Assembly (NCBI RefSeq): GCF_018350175.1
Contig: NC_058368.1
Span: 121,522,001-121,586,000, forward strand
Reading direction: 5' to 3'
From: Felis catus
Taxonomy: Eukaryota
Length of the DNA: 64,000 nt
The notes beneath the pieces were generated by a model, which was given only the letters and a program-made list of their open reading frames with translations, searched no databases and was not told where the DNA came from. Positions 1 through 12,288 of this stretch are shown piece after piece. The first letter of the stretch is position 1. Every line of letters starts with the position of its first letter. The position numbers and the translations under genes are program-made.

Positions 1-109
1 TCCTGAGTTTGAACCCGGCATCAGGCTCCATACTGACTTTGCAGAGCCTGCTTGGGATTCTCTGTCTCTCCCTTTCCCTCTCCGCCCTTCTCCCACTTGT
101 GCTCACTCA

Positions 110-161
<52 letters not shown>

Positions 162-182
162 AAAATAAACTTTAAAAAAAAG
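1..182 (+). mobile_element. Can-SINE (5' end cut by window edge) with (CT)n and A tail
   Basis: gagtttgaacccggcatcaggctc...cctgcttgggattctct, (CT)n, aataaa tail. Confidence 0.9.
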
Positions 183-562
183 TAGTATGAGGAAATTTGA
201 TATTTCAAAGAATTGAACCAAGGTACTCTTTTTGAAAGATTTTTAAGCAGTGTTTTTTCCTGAGTATAGTACGTGTTTAATTTTATAGATAATTGGAAAT
301 CCATTAAACAAAAGTGAAAAAACAAATCACCTGAATCTCACCATGTTGCAACAATAATTATTAATCTTTTGATGAACATACTGTATTTATATGGAAGAAC
401 ACATCTATACACACACATAGACATGTTTTCTTTTTAAAAATACTTTACACACTTCAAGAATACAAAATCATATCAGATGTCTCTGCCTTTTTTCTCTTAC
501 GTGTTTTCTGGGTCATTATGGTTTATGGCATTTAGGAAAATTAGATGGCTTAATGTAATTTG

Positions 563-912
563 GTATATTAGTCTTGTTGGATTGCCATAACAAATACGTA
601 TCAGAGACTAGGTGGCTTAAACAACATTTATTTTGGGGGAAGTCCGAAATCAGAGTGATGGCCTTTTTCGTTCCTGGTGAGGATTCTCTTTATGATGGCC
701 ACTTTCTTGCTGTGTCCTCAAATTTTGTAAGGGGAGAAAGAGCTCTTCCTTTTCCTATAAGACCTGCAGTACCATCTGATTAGGGCCCCACACTTATGAC
801 CTCATTTAACTTTAATTACCTCCTAAAAGCCCTGTCTCCAAATGTAGTCACACAGTGAATTAGAGTTTCAACATAAGAATTTGGGAGTGGGGGCATAAAT
901 CAGTCTGTAGCA
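563..912 (-). mobile_element. MaLR solo LTR (MLT1-like)
   Basis: Typical motifs tgccataacaaatac...ggcttaaacaaca...atgacctcatttaac...aatcagtctgtagca. Confidence 0.8.
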
Positions 913-1227
913 ATAGGCCATAATTTACTTACTGTTCTTTGTGGTTGAGGATTTCTGTTGTTTCTCTTATCTTCTATAAAAACAATGCTGTGGTGAGCCT
1001 CCTTGTTGCTAAACCTTTCGTTATCTTTTTATGATTCGTTGCTGAATTAAAGGGAATTTTAAGACTTTTTATTTGTGCTCTGCCAAATTGTTTGCCAAAA
1101 GGGTTGTGCCAGTTGATACTCCCACATGCACTGTGTTAAAGCCTGTCAACATTGTAATGTGGATCCATCAAAATGTTTTGAACCAGTTTTGTAAGTGAAA
1201 AATTATACTTGTTTTACTTTGCTTTTC

Positions 1228-1436
1228 TTTTTTTAAAATAAATTTTATTTATTTATTTATTTATTTAGAGTGTGAGCTGGGGAGGGGCAGAGGGGGTGGG
1301 GCGGGGGAAATCCCAAGCAGGCTTTGCAGTCAGCACAGAGCCAGACATTGGGCTCATACTCACAAAACTATGAGATTATGACATGAGTCAAAATCAAGAG
1401 TCAGACACTTAACCCTCTGAGCCACCCAGGTGCCCC
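1228..1436 (-). mobile_element. Can-SINE
   Basis: Ends gagccacccaggtgcccc (reverse SINE head); T-rich tail at left. Confidence 0.9.
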
Positions 1437-2097
1437 ATTTGCTTTTTTAAATTACTACATAGATTCTGATTTATATAGATCATTTGCAGGTTTTTTTGGA
1501 TATGCCTATTGATTGTCTTCGCCCATTTTTTATGAAGCCATTTATAATAGTGCTTTTCCAAGCCATTGCTTGTCATGTATATCAAAAATAGTTCTTCTAT
1601 TCATCATTTAGTTTAGGGTATATTTGGACTGACAGATTTTAAATTTTTATGTGGTAGAATTTACTACTGTTTGTCTTTATGGATCCTGTTTTTATAGGTA
1701 TGCATAAAAAGATTTTCCAAACACTCAGATTGTACAGATATTCACCTTTTTTCTTCTGTGTTTTTATTGGTTTTTTGTTGTTGTTGTTGTTATGGTAAAA
1801 TATTTTCTTTCTCTGGAGTTTATTTGGATGTAGGATATCAGGGAGGGATCTAACAACTTTTCCCTAACTGGTTATGTAACATTACTAGGATTCTTTATTG
1901 AATAGTCTTTTTTGTATATAATTTGAAAAATATGCGTATTATCTTTTAGGGTGATGGAGAACTGTACTTACAAAGCTTTCGGAATGGATTTCAGCAGGTT
2001 CTTTTCTATTCTGAAGTCTTTATCAATAATTTATTTGCATTTAACTGCTTATTAATTTGTTTGCTTTTTTTTGTTGCTTTTGTTTTTTTTCTTACAG

Positions 2098-2394
2098 GTT
2101 GCTTTTAAGGGAGATCCAGAAGCAGCCCTCATCCAGTATCTTACCAATGAGGAGGCCAGGAAAGCCATTTCCAGCACTGAAGCAGTTCTAAATAACCGGT
2201 TCATTCGAGTTCTGTGGCATAGGGAAAATAATGAGCAGCCTGCATTGCAGTCTCCAACACAGCTACTCCTGCAGCAACAGCAAACACTTAGTCACCTGTC
2301 ACAGCAGCACCACCATTTGCCACAGCACCTTCATCAGCAACAAGTGCTGGTGGCCCAGTCCCCTCCCTCAACGGTACATGGGGGTATCCAGAAG
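2098..2394 (+). CDS. RBM27: RBM27 internal coding exon (C-terminal part of RRM plus Q/H-rich segment), 99 codons
   Basis: Long polypyrimidine tract + cag acceptor; AAG|gtaatc donor. Translates VAFKGDPEAALIQYLTNEEARKAISSTEAVLNNRFIRVLWHRE...GGIQK, recognised as the RBM26/27 RRM. Confidence 0.96.
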
Positions 2395-2479
2395 GTAATC
2401 TACTGGTTCGTAGACAAGGAAAAGTCCTCTGGTCCCACCCTCTAGATCATTGTCAATTTGCGGTCATTAGGTCTTCTAC

Positions 2480-2815
2480 TTTAAAACTTCTCAGTTTGAT
2501 CTGCAGACCAGCGGTATCTTATCTCCTGAGAACTTATTAGACATGCAGTTTTTTGGACCTCACCTCAACTTGGAATCACTAGGGTTGGGGCTTAAGCATC
2601 TGTGTTTTAACAAGCTCTCCACCTGATTCTTACAAACCGTAAAGTTTGACAAGTGCAATTCTGCTTCTACCAGAATTACTTGCCTGAATACAAATTCTTG
2701 GATCTTAGCACCCACAAGTTACAGTCAGTCTGTAGAAATGGGGCCCATAAATCTACATGTTGAAAGGAATACTCTTAGTGATTCTTCTCAACGCTAAAGT
2801 ATAATAACTGTCCAC
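2480..2815. mobile_element. Two adjacent MER5-type hAT-Charlie DNA transposon relics
   Basis: gaacttattagacatgcag...ggaatcactagggttggggc...tgtgttttaacaagctctcc...tgattct...aaagtttga, followed by a more decayed copy. Confidence 0.65.
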
Positions 2816-2934
2816 TACCAGACAACTCTGAATCTAGAACTTCTTCTTTGTTTTGTGTTAGACTCAGTCATCCTTGTACCCACTCTTTTGTCTGACTTTT
2901 TTCCATGTAGAAAACTCTTTAAAAGCTTTAAAAA

Positions 2935-3050
2935 TTGAAATGTAAGCTCCGAGAAAATAGGATTTTGCCTGTTTTATTCCTTCTGTCTCTTGTGTCTAAA
3001 ACAAGGCTTGGCACATGTTGCTCAAACTATACTTGAATGAACAGATGAAG
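2935..3050 (+). mobile_element. L2 3' end fragment
   Basis: aatgtaagctcc...tggcacat...ctcaa...ttgaatgaa. Confidence 0.65.
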
Positions 3051-3274
3051 GAAGTAAAGAAAAAACCACTATGCATTAGTGCCATTCCAATACTGATGGT
3101 AATGCTAATCTTTTCCTAGGTGTTCTCTTGTTTGAATTAAATGCATTCAGGTTTTTTTTTTAAAGTATTACCATATGTAATCTTAAGTCCAGTCATTATC
3201 CTTTTTATGTGCACCTCAGCCTCCATTTCTTTTGTCTAGGTCCCACTTCATGTTAGAGCCCAGAGGCAGGTGCT

Positions 3275-3440
3275 TCCCCTGGATGTAGGCTGAATGGTGT
3301 ACAAGAGTGATACGGTCATGTTTGTGATCCATTAGACTGTGTTCTGTTAATGCAGCCCAAGATTGCACTGTGTTCTTGGGGTGTCCATATCACACTGTTA
3401 TTGATATTAAGCTACTATCATTTAGAAGCCCCAGATCCTT
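3275..3440 (-). mobile_element. CR1/L3 fragment
   Basis: ttaatgcagcccaagattgca...catatcacactgt...ccccagatcctt resembles the CR1 3' region. Confidence 0.55.
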
Positions 3441-3727
3441 CAAAGCATTACATATTAAAGGGAACATTTTAAAAATTAGTAGCACTTGTTTTCTGTATGA
3501 GTTTATATTCATATGCATGCATTTTGTTATGACATATTTAAGACATCTATAGAATAGATAATAGCAATCATTTGAATCTCTACCACTTAAAAACTTAGAG
3601 ATGATAGAAGCACTCTCCCTTCTCATTTCTTTATTTTCTTCTCCAGGGTAATCACTAGCCTGAATTTGTATCATTCCTGGGCATTTTTAAAACTTTTACC
3701 ACTTATGTGTTTATTTTGTGTATGCAG

Positions 3728-3868
3728 ATGATGAGTAAACCACAGACATCCGGCGCATATGTTCTTAACAAAGTTCCTGTTAAACATCGCCTTGGACACA
3801 CAAGTGGTAACCAGAGTGATGCATCACACGTGTTGAATCAGTCAGGTGGTGCTGGAGAGGATTGCCAG
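3728..3868 (+). CDS. RBM27: RBM27 coding exon, 47 codons
   Basis: tatgcag| acceptor, CAG|gtatgt donor; MMSKPQTSGAYVLNKVPVKHRLG...GEDCQ, in frame with neighbours. Confidence 0.93.
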
Positions 3869-3926
3869 GTATGTATTTCTGTGACCCTCTGATTCATTAA
3901 TTACTCAATCTGTCTACCTGTTTATA

Positions 3927-4126
3927 ATTTTTAATGTTTATTTTCGAGAAACAGAGACAAAGTGAGCAGGGGAGGGGCGGAGAGAGAGAGGGAGACCCTG
4001 AATCTGAAGTAGGCTCTAGGCTCTGAGCTGTCAGCGCAGAGCCCAACACAGGGCTCCAACTCACAAACAGTGAGATCATGACCTGAGCCAAAGCTGGATG
4101 CTTAACCAGCTGAGCCACCCAGGTGC
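3927..4126 (-). mobile_element. Can-SINE, ~60 nt downstream of an exon donor
   Basis: Reverse SINE body, gagccacccaggtgc end. Confidence 0.9.
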
Positions 4127-5454
4127 TGCGATCCTCAAATATATTTAAAATTGTTTAGTGACACAGAGAAATTAAAACTTAACTTTCATCCAGATTTGTA
4201 ATGTCTTGTTTCTTCACTTGAGGTAAACGTGACAGCTCACCTTCATGTGGAAGGTATACTTGCCTAATTTCCATGATACGGCCAGAAATTGGCTAAATTT
4301 TTTTTTCTATTCAAAGCTAAGTAGGAGTTTGAGAATTTTAGAAGAATATAGTGAAGAAGATTCTATCCTAATCAAAACTTTGAAATGTATCTTAAGTAGT
4401 TTCTTTTGCTTTTAGGAATATATCTGTACAGTGACTTTGCACAATGGTGATTATTTCAAAGAGGGCTTGGAAAATTCTGAAAACGATCAAGGCCGATGGG
4501 GGGAGTGCTTAACCCTACTAGCCATAATAAGAGTATTATGAAGTCTATGTAACTAAGTCAGTTAGTACTGGCACATGAAGAGATAGACCAGTGAAATAGA
4601 GTAAAAGATGAGAAATAGACTCATTTGCAAATAGGAATTTATTAGATGTCAAAGAGTATCTCAGGTCAGTGGGGAGAATATGGACTTTTTGATAAATGTA
4701 TTTGGATAACTGAATAGCCGTGTAGAGAAGATAAAACTAGATCCATTTTTCAAATTACATAATAAACTAGGATAATTTCCAAAAAGATCTGAGAATTTAG
4801 ATGCTGATGGAAATGCTAAATGTTACAACCCCCATGAAAGCAAATTTGGCAGTGTCTGGCAAAATTATGTATGTATTTATTCTAAATCAGTAACCCTCCT
4901 TTTCAGAATGTATGCCAAAAGTACATTTGTCAAACTACGAAAAATACGTACCAGGCTAGTAAGTGTAGACTATAATAGCAAAAGACTGGAAACAATCCAG
5001 ATGTCCATCAGTAGGGGACTAGTTAACTTAAAATGCAGTACAGTAGCAAAAGTGCAACTTTACAACAGAATGAGGAATATCTTCATATGTACTATGAGGT
5101 GATCATGAGGCTGTATTAGGTAAAAAAAAAAAAAAAGTACAATGGTACAAAACATATATAGGCAGCCACTGTTAATGTAAGTAAGTAGGGCCATTGAACA
5201 CCTAAGTATTTGATTAATAGCAGAAACAAAAAATCCTAAAATTAATTAAAAAAAATTTCTTTTAGTTCCTAAAATTTAAATCTTGGTGGTGACGGCAAGG
5301 ATGGAAAAAACTAGACAACTTTGACTATGTCTTATTTTGTAGATTTGTCTTAGAACCATGTAAATGTTGCGTTCAGTCATAAAATGAAAAAAGTAATGTC
5401 TAAGAATTGAAAAGTGAAACAAATGAAGTAATATGTTTGCATAGAGAGTACCTT

Positions 5455-5636
5455 TTTCATTTTTTACAGTTTATTTATTTGAGAGAGACATTGTGAGCAG
5501 GGGAGAGGCAGAGAGGGAGAGAATGAATCCCACACTGATTGCACAGACCCTGACTTGACCTCATGAACCACGAGATCATGACCTGAGCCAAAATGAAGAA
5601 TCAGATACTTAACCGACTGTGCCACCCAGGTGCCCC
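5455..5636 (-). mobile_element. Can-SINE
   Basis: Reverse SINE; TSD tagagagtac on both sides. Confidence 0.9.
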
Positions 5637-5885
5637 TAGAGAGTACTTTAAAATACAGCTATTTGAATATATATTCCTAATGAGATGAACCCTGAGTTCA
5701 AAAAAACAATTTTAAAAAGTATTTTTCAGCAATAATGTTATTCTGAAAGTTTGTGAGCATTGTAGGATAAATCAAATGAAAAGTTATATTGGTGTCACTG
5801 ACAAGTGCGATTTTCAATGTGGTTGAAAAGATGTGTATGGTAGATTAAGTGAAAACACTGTAGTCCTATGTTTGAATTGAAAGTA

Positions 5886-6202
5886 TGGTAGATCCTTGAA
5901 CAACATGGGTTTGAATTGTGCAGATCACCTAAACATGGATTTTTAAAATAAATACAGCACAGGACTGTAAATGTATTTTCTCTTAGGATTTGCTTAACAT
6001 TTTTTCTGTAGCGTCTTAGAAGAATACAGTATATAAAACATGTAACATAAACAGTACGTGTTAATTGACTGTTTATGTTATCGGTAAGGCTTTTGGTTAG
6101 CAGTAGGCAATTAAGTTTTGGGGAAGTCAGAAGTTAAATATGTGGAATTTTGATTCCTGGGGTCTGTGCCCCTTAACCCCTGAGTTATTCAAGGATCAGC
6201 TG
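5886..6202 (+). mobile_element. Tigger2-type (TcMar) non-autonomous DNA transposon
   Basis: TIR-like ends (gatccttgaacaacatgggtttgaa ... ttattcaaggatcagctg) with TA flanks. Confidence 0.8.
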
Positions 6203-6754
6203 TATTGATACACATTCACATACTGTTTTATCATAAAAAATAATAAGCAGTAAAAAGCTCCAAAACATTTCTTAATTCTATTCACTGAAAAGGTTGAGAA
6301 ATAATAATCAGTCCAAGGGTAATTACCCCCTGCCCCCTCCCAGGCACTCTGGGAGTTTTTTGAAGAAATGGCTGTCTGCAGATCTGGGGCTGGCAGTATT
6401 CCAGATGACCCTAGAATTACTTTGTTCAACCAGAAAACAAAGTTGTCAACAATTTCTGGAATCCTGTCAAAAGATTGAGAAGATGTCATAAAGGCTCTAG
6501 ATCTACTAATTTGAAGGAAATTCAGAGGACACAGAAACATGTTATGGGGTATCATAGAATTTTGTGGTGAATACAAATTCACAGGATAAATGACCTGATT
6601 TCTTCAAAAAGCAGTTTGCAAGGAAAAGAAAGAGATGAGAAAGGAAATGATATCAAAATAGACTTTAAAGAGATATAACCAGTTCCTGTAGAAGAACCTT
6701 CATAGAGCCCAATTCAAATGGCAAAAAATGTTTAGAAAATTATAATACAATCTT

Positions 6755-6970
6755 GGGGCACCCTGGGTGGCTCATTCGTTAAGTGTCTGACTTCAGCTCA
6801 GGTCATGATCTCACAGTTCGTGGGTTTGAGCCCCGCACCTGGCTCTGTGCTGACAGCTCGGAGCCTGGAGCCTGCTTCGAATTCTGTGTCCCCCTCTCTC
6901 CTCTGCCCCTCCCCCATTCACCCTCTGTCTCTCTGTCTCAAAAATAAACACTAAAAAAAATTAAAAAAAA
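6755..6970 (+). mobile_element. Can-SINE
   Basis: Full head, CT-rich region and tail; TSD aaaattataatacaatc. Confidence 0.92.
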
Positions 6971-7171
6971 ATTATAATACAATCATGAGATGTGATTGTC
7001 TAATGATAGTAAGGAGTTGTTATAAGTGTGATGATGGTATTGTGGTTATGTTTTAAAAAGAATGGAGTCCTTATTTTTTTAGAGATACAGCTGAATATTT
7101 ACATCTAAAACATAGAAACATAGTGTTTGATATGAATGTGGAGTTAGGGATTTAGGTAAAACAAAAGTGTA

Positions 7172-7622
7172 GTAGTCTCCCCTTATCTGTGAGGATACTT
7201 TCTAAGACTCCCATTGGATGTGTGACACCATAGATAGTACCAAATCCCGTATATATTATGTTTTTTCTTGTACATACCCATAATATGGGTACATACCCAT
7301 AATAAAGTTTAATTTATAAATTAGGCACAATAAGAGATACACAATGATAATATTAAAATGGAATAGTTATAACAATATACTTTAATAAAGGAGAAGTCAC
7401 TGAAAATACTGTACCATATTCATCCTTCTTGTGATGATGTGAGATGATAAAATAAATGCCTCCAGATGAGGTGAAGTGAGGTGAATAATATAGGCAGTGT
7501 GATGTATTGTTAGGCTTCTAATGACCTCCTGATGAGTCAGAAGGAGGGTCATCTGTTTCTGGGCCACAGTTGACCTTGGGTAACAAACCGTGGAAAGCCA
7601 AACTGGATAAGGGGGAACTACT
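7172..7622 (-). mobile_element. MER44/Tigger7-type DNA transposon
   Basis: Inverted ends agtagtctccccttatc ... gataagggggaactact. Confidence 0.8.
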
Positions 7623-7739
7623 CTATTTTATGTCCTGATAATTGTTGGTGCTTAGTGATGGGTACATCACCTTTGTAGTATAACTCTGTTGTTTCAAAAA
7701 TTCTATTATGAAAAGATAGCAAAACAAAGATAGTTACAG

Positions 7740-7922
7740 ATTTGGAAGTCAGACAGCCCTATTTGACTTGACCTGCCTCTTACTAGCTGTATTAGTTAAC
7801 TTGGGAGCATTGGTTTCCTTTTCAATAAGTTGCTCTGGGGATTAAAAAAATTTTATGTTAGTGAAGCATGGAAGGGGAGTGTTAAGTACATACTAAGTGC
7901 TCAGTAAATTGTAGGTGTTGCC
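7740..7922 (+). mobile_element. MIR relic
   Basis: tggaagtcagacag...tgcctcttactagctgt...taagtgctcagtaaat. Confidence 0.6.
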
Positions 7923-8796
7923 ATTTGTGTTAGGAAAGACTTGAACCAGAGAGATTATACTGTGCCATGTAGCTCTGCTATGCCTTAAAAAAGGGAAGAT
8001 TAACTGGAGAGTGGTCTGTTCAGAACGGGAAAGGAATCTAAATACCAAAACAACCACAGTAAAAATGGCCACCACTTTGCTTGCAAAGTCAGGCCTGTGA
8101 GCTAACTACTTGTTTTATGTTTGATTATAAACTCATATAGCATTTGATTTAAATAGATTCTGATGAGGAAGTACTTTAATCCTGTGTTAGGTGATTTGGA
8201 TCAGGGTTTAAAGAAATAGGAATAATTCTATGACCAGATGTCTTAATTAGTCTTAACTTAGAAGAAGGAAAAGTAGAATGAGACTAAAGATGTAATTGGT
8301 AAAGAGGCTGCAGTCATTGCTGTTAGCCAGGTTAGAAAGGGACTTTGTTATTTTAACTGTTTGAATAGTATTCCTGTTTTTTTCTGTGTTCAGTCATGAT
8401 TCTGAATTGTGGATTTGTTTTTGTTTGTGTCTTGATTCATCGCGGTCACAAGAGTTGGTTTGTTGGAGGTTCTTAATCTGTGAAATTGTTGAATGAGAGG
8501 ACAGTAAGACTTCGCTATGAGTACAGGCCTGCTCCTAGATAAAAGTGGCTGTGGTTCCTTTTTCTCAATTAAGAAAATAGAAGAAGGATGTGATTGCGTT
8601 CAGAAACATTATTGCTAAAATTTTGTTTTTGTATTTGAATTACAGTTGAATTTATGTATATATAAAAACCAGTTATATAAATGAAGTTTTTAAAGTAAAC
8701 TTTAACTCCTGAACCAAAAGAAATACATGCAGTCTTTCTAAAAAATTACCTTAAAGCGTTTCTAATATTTAATTGAATTATACTTGTGTTTCATAG

Positions 8797-8916
8797 ATAT
8801 TTTCAGCTCCAGGCCATCCAAAAATGATTTACAGCTCCTCAAACTTAAAGACGCCTTCAAAACTTTGTTCAGGGTCTAAATCTCATGATGTTCAAGAAGT
8901 TCTTAAAAAGAAACAG
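8797..8916 (+). CDS. RBM27: RBM27 coding exon, 40 codons
   Basis: ttcatag| acceptor, CAG|gtaaca donor; IFSAPGHPKMIYSSSNLKTPSKLCSGSKSHDVQEVLKKKQ (not in the ORF track). Confidence 0.93.
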
Positions 8917-9848
8917 GTAACAGCCTTGATTCTAATTTCCTTAAAGAGGGAAGGACCCATTGAATTCTTAAGCGATTTTATTAACACATTTGAATAGTTC
9001 ATGTTCTGGAACTACATTATGTTTATTTAGCTGCTTCTCGATGAAATGTACATTTGAAAAAAAAAAAAAAAAGGTGAACAGACAAAAAAGTATTTTGCAG
9101 TTGCCTTGCAGAGGCTACATCAAGAACAAGGAAAGATTTTTTTCTATGTAAAAATAAATAGCACTGAGTTGTCCTGTTTTTTTTTCTCCAAGGTGAAGAA
9201 CCAGTTTTATTTCATTATTTCTTCTTTTAATTCCTCTCTTGCTTTTGTAAGTTAGTGTTTTGTATAAAGTATAATGTTTTGTAATTGGTATTCATATGAC
9301 TTCTGAGTTTCATTGTTATCTTAGATATAAACTCATATAGACGATTTTAAATCACATAGATATTTATAGGTACTATTTCCATATAATTGGAGATTTGATT
9401 AGCAGAGGGGTGGGAGGCAATATTTTCCTGGCAAAAATCCGTAGAATTTGCCATCATTTCTGCCCTCTAGCCTGCATCTCACATTTATTAAACTTTAAAC
9501 TTGAAAAATCAGGGATGGCTTATTACATTGGCAAGTAGAAACAGCCCTTGTTTTTCCTCATACGTACATTCAGGTCACTCAAGAGTAAATGTCATAGATA
9601 CAGCTAATTAGGAGTTAGCCTTTTAAATATTTTTAAAAGTACACTTAGAAATTTTAACTCTTCCGTAGAAAATGTAATTAAAGGTTTCATTTCTGGTTTC
9701 ATCTGTTTTTTGATTAGGAGTGAAATTTGTCTTGTATAGTATAGGGATGATCCAGAAGAAAATGAGTTGTTCATGTATCAAATATTTGCAAGTATATCAT
9801 TGGCAAATATTGTTATCTCTTACTAATTTTTTAAATGTATTCATATAG

Positions 9849-9923
9849 GAAGCAATGAAGCTACAGCAAGATATGAGGAAAAAGAGGCAAGAAGTGCTAG
9901 AAAAACAAATAGAATGCCAAAAG
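9849..9923 (+). CDS. RBM27: RBM27 coding exon (coiled coil), 25 codons
   Basis: catatag| acceptor, AAG|gtaaga donor; EAMKLQQDMRKKRQEVLEKQIECQK. Confidence 0.95.
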
Positions 9924-10067
9924 GTAAGACAAGAGCTCATTTGCCTGCTGGAATTGTTTTCTACAATGGATTTTATAGTTATTCCTCTTAGTAAAGTTGA
10001 TAAGGGTTAGTTATATATAGTAAAAGTTACTAGGCATAGTTTTTACTTTTTTCTGTTTATTTTATAG

Positions 10068-10232
10068 ATGCTAATATCTAAGCTAGAAAAGAACAAAAAC
10101 ATGAAACCAGAAGAAAGAGCAAATATAATGAAGACTTTGAAAGAGCTTGGAGAAAAGATCTCGCAATTGAAAGATGAATTAAAAACATCTTCCGCAGTCT
10201 CCACACCATCTAAAGTTAAGACAAAAACAGAG
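10068..10232 (+). CDS. RBM27: RBM27 coding exon (coiled coil), 55 codons
   Basis: ttttatag| acceptor, GAG|gtatgt donor; MLISKLEKNKNMKPEERANIMKTLKELGEKISQLKDELK...KTKTE. Confidence 0.95.
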
Positions 10233-10664
10233 GTATGTATTTGCATTTTCCATTCAGCATAGGGTTGTTGAACATCTGTTATATGTTTGGTGCTTTGAAG
10301 TACAGTGGAACCCTTAGGTAACTAATAGTATAACAGGGAGACAGTAAAAATTTTAAAATATTCCTATAGATGCTGCGTCTTGTCTTTGAAAGAGGTGCTA
10401 ATACCTTGTTTGAACAAAGATATGTTTATTATTATTATGTTTATTAACTGAATTTATGGTTTCCTTTCCTAAATATGAAATTGCTAGAGTGATGGCAAAA
10501 AAAGTGATATTTCCTATTTCAGCAATTGTTTTTCTAATCCTATAATACAGTGAAACCATTCCTTTTAATATTCAAAAGGTATCATTGCCTTTAATACGGG
10601 TAAAAATGTGATACTCTATTGAAAAGGATAATCCACTTAAAGTTCCAAATCCACTTAAGTCTCT

Positions 10665-10887
10665 TTTTTTAAAAATATTTTTTTTAATGTTTATTTTTGA
10701 GAGAGAGAGAGAGAAAGACAGAGTGTGAGCGGGCAAGGGGTAGAGAGAGGGAGACTCAGAATCTCCAGGAGGCTCCAGTCTCTGAGATGTCAGCACGGAG
10801 CCCAGTGCGGGGCTCAAACCCACGAACTGCGAGATCACTACCCGAGCCAAAGTTGGACACTCAACCGACTGAGCCACCCAGGCGCCC
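10665..10887 (-). mobile_element. Can-SINE
   Basis: Reverse SINE ending gagccacccaggcgccc. Confidence 0.92.
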
Positions 10888-10991
10888 TACGTCTCATTTT
10901 ATTAATTGTCATTTGTTTCCTTACCTAGGAGAATAGTTACTTTACACAGTGATTACATTATACCACAGCTCTGTCATGGAATTAAAAAAAA

Positions 10992-11107
10992 TTTTTTTTT
11001 TTAAAGATTTTATTTTTAAGTAATCTTGACATCCAACATGGGGCTCAAACTCATACCCCGAGATCAAGAGTCACATGCCCTTCTTGACTGAGTCAGCCAG
11101 GTACCCC
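10992..11107 (-). mobile_element. Short-type Can-SINE
   Basis: aagattttatttttaagtaatct...ggggctcaaactc...gactgagtcagccaggtacccc. Confidence 0.85.
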
Positions 11108-11348
11108 TCTGTAGTGGAATTTTAATTTCTAGTCCTTCGAGAACTCAAAATAATAAATTTGTCAGATATATAGAGTGCAAATTTTTATATCCAATATTAT
11201 AATACATTTGAAGTTGTGGTTCTGTATTACTAGAGGGATATAAAGTATTTCTTCAAGATTGCATTGAAAAAGTTTAATAAAAAACATTTTTAGTGAAATT
11301 TCCCCCAATTATAGAAGGAACATAACGAACATTTTAAAAATTGAAGAG

Positions 11349-11430
11349 AGGGACGCCTGGATGGCCCAGTTGGCTGGATTCTCTCCCCCCACCCCCCCCC
11401 ACTCACAAAATAAATAAATTAAAAAAATTT
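11349..11430 (+). mobile_element. Internally deleted Can-SINE
   Basis: Head gggacgcctggatggcccagttgg joined directly to ggattctct, a C-run and an aataaataaa tail. Confidence 0.7.
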
Positions 11431-11908
11431 TAAGACAATATGGGAGTAAAAATTAGTCTCACAGTCACACCATCTAAAGACAGTTTGTCCCTCACACATA
11501 CAAAAAGAGTGCAATATTGTAGAGTTCAAATCTGAAAGCAGTTATGTAGATGTTATTTATGTTTTTATTATTAATTTTTCCTATGTATATATTTTGCTTC
11601 CATTGAGTTTGATTTATGGCTCTTTATTATTAGAAAATTATTCTCAGCTCCCTTTTCTCATTTGACTGTTTCCAGAGTCTGATTTTTAAGCCATCTTAAG
11701 CAGTAATACTGCTTCTTATTTTTACTGATTTCAGTATATTCTCTGTATGTTTTCATACAGTGAACCTTCCTTTAAACACTCCAGTTTATTGCATCCTCTC
11801 ATTCTCCTTTTGCCAAAAGAGATGTTATGTCATTCTTTAAGTATGATACTCTGAATACGATCTTGGAAGTTATCTAACAAATACATTTTTACTCTTAATT
11901 TTCCAAAG

Positions 11909-12013
11909 GCTCAGAAAGAACTATTAGATACTGAACTGGACCTTCATAAGAGGCTATCCTCAGGAGAAGACACAACAGAGTTACGGAAAAAACTCAGTCA
12001 GTTACAGGTTGAG
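11909..12013 (+). CDS. RBM27: RBM27 coding exon, 35 codons
   Basis: ttccaaag| acceptor, GAG|gtgaga donor; AQKELLDTELDLHKRLSSGEDTTELRKKLSQLQVE. Confidence 0.94.
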
Positions 12014-12096
12014 GTGAGATTTAAGAGGTTCTTAAGAGGTTCTTCCACGGTTCTTCCTAGAATGTATATTATATTCTGTCTTTTGTTGTTATTCAG

Positions 12097-12288
12097 GCTG
12101 CACGATTAGGCATTTTACCTGTGGGTCGAGGAAAGACTATGTCCTCTCAAGGTCGAGGAAGAGGCCGAGGCCGTGGAGGAAGAGGAAGGGGCTCGCTGAA
12201 TCACATGGTGGTGGACCACCGCCCCAAAGCACTAACAGTAGGGGGATTCATTGAGGAGGAAAAAGATGAATTGCTTCAACATTTCTCA
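12097..12288 (+). CDS. RBM27: RBM27 coding exon (RG/RGG box and start of degenerate RRM2), 64 codons
   Basis: attcag| acceptor, TCA|gtaagt donor; AARLGILPVGRGKTMSSQGRGRGRGRGGRGRGSLNHMVVDHRPKALTVGGFIEEEKDELLQHFS. Confidence 0.95.

Larger units (their letters stand above)
4450..7140 (+). mobile_element. Old fragmented L1M-type 3' region, interrupted by younger elements
   Basis: tactggcacatg..agatagaccagtgaaatagag; aatagcaaaagactggaaacaatccagatgtccatcagtagggg; gtgtgatgatggtattgtggttatg. Confidence 0.6.
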
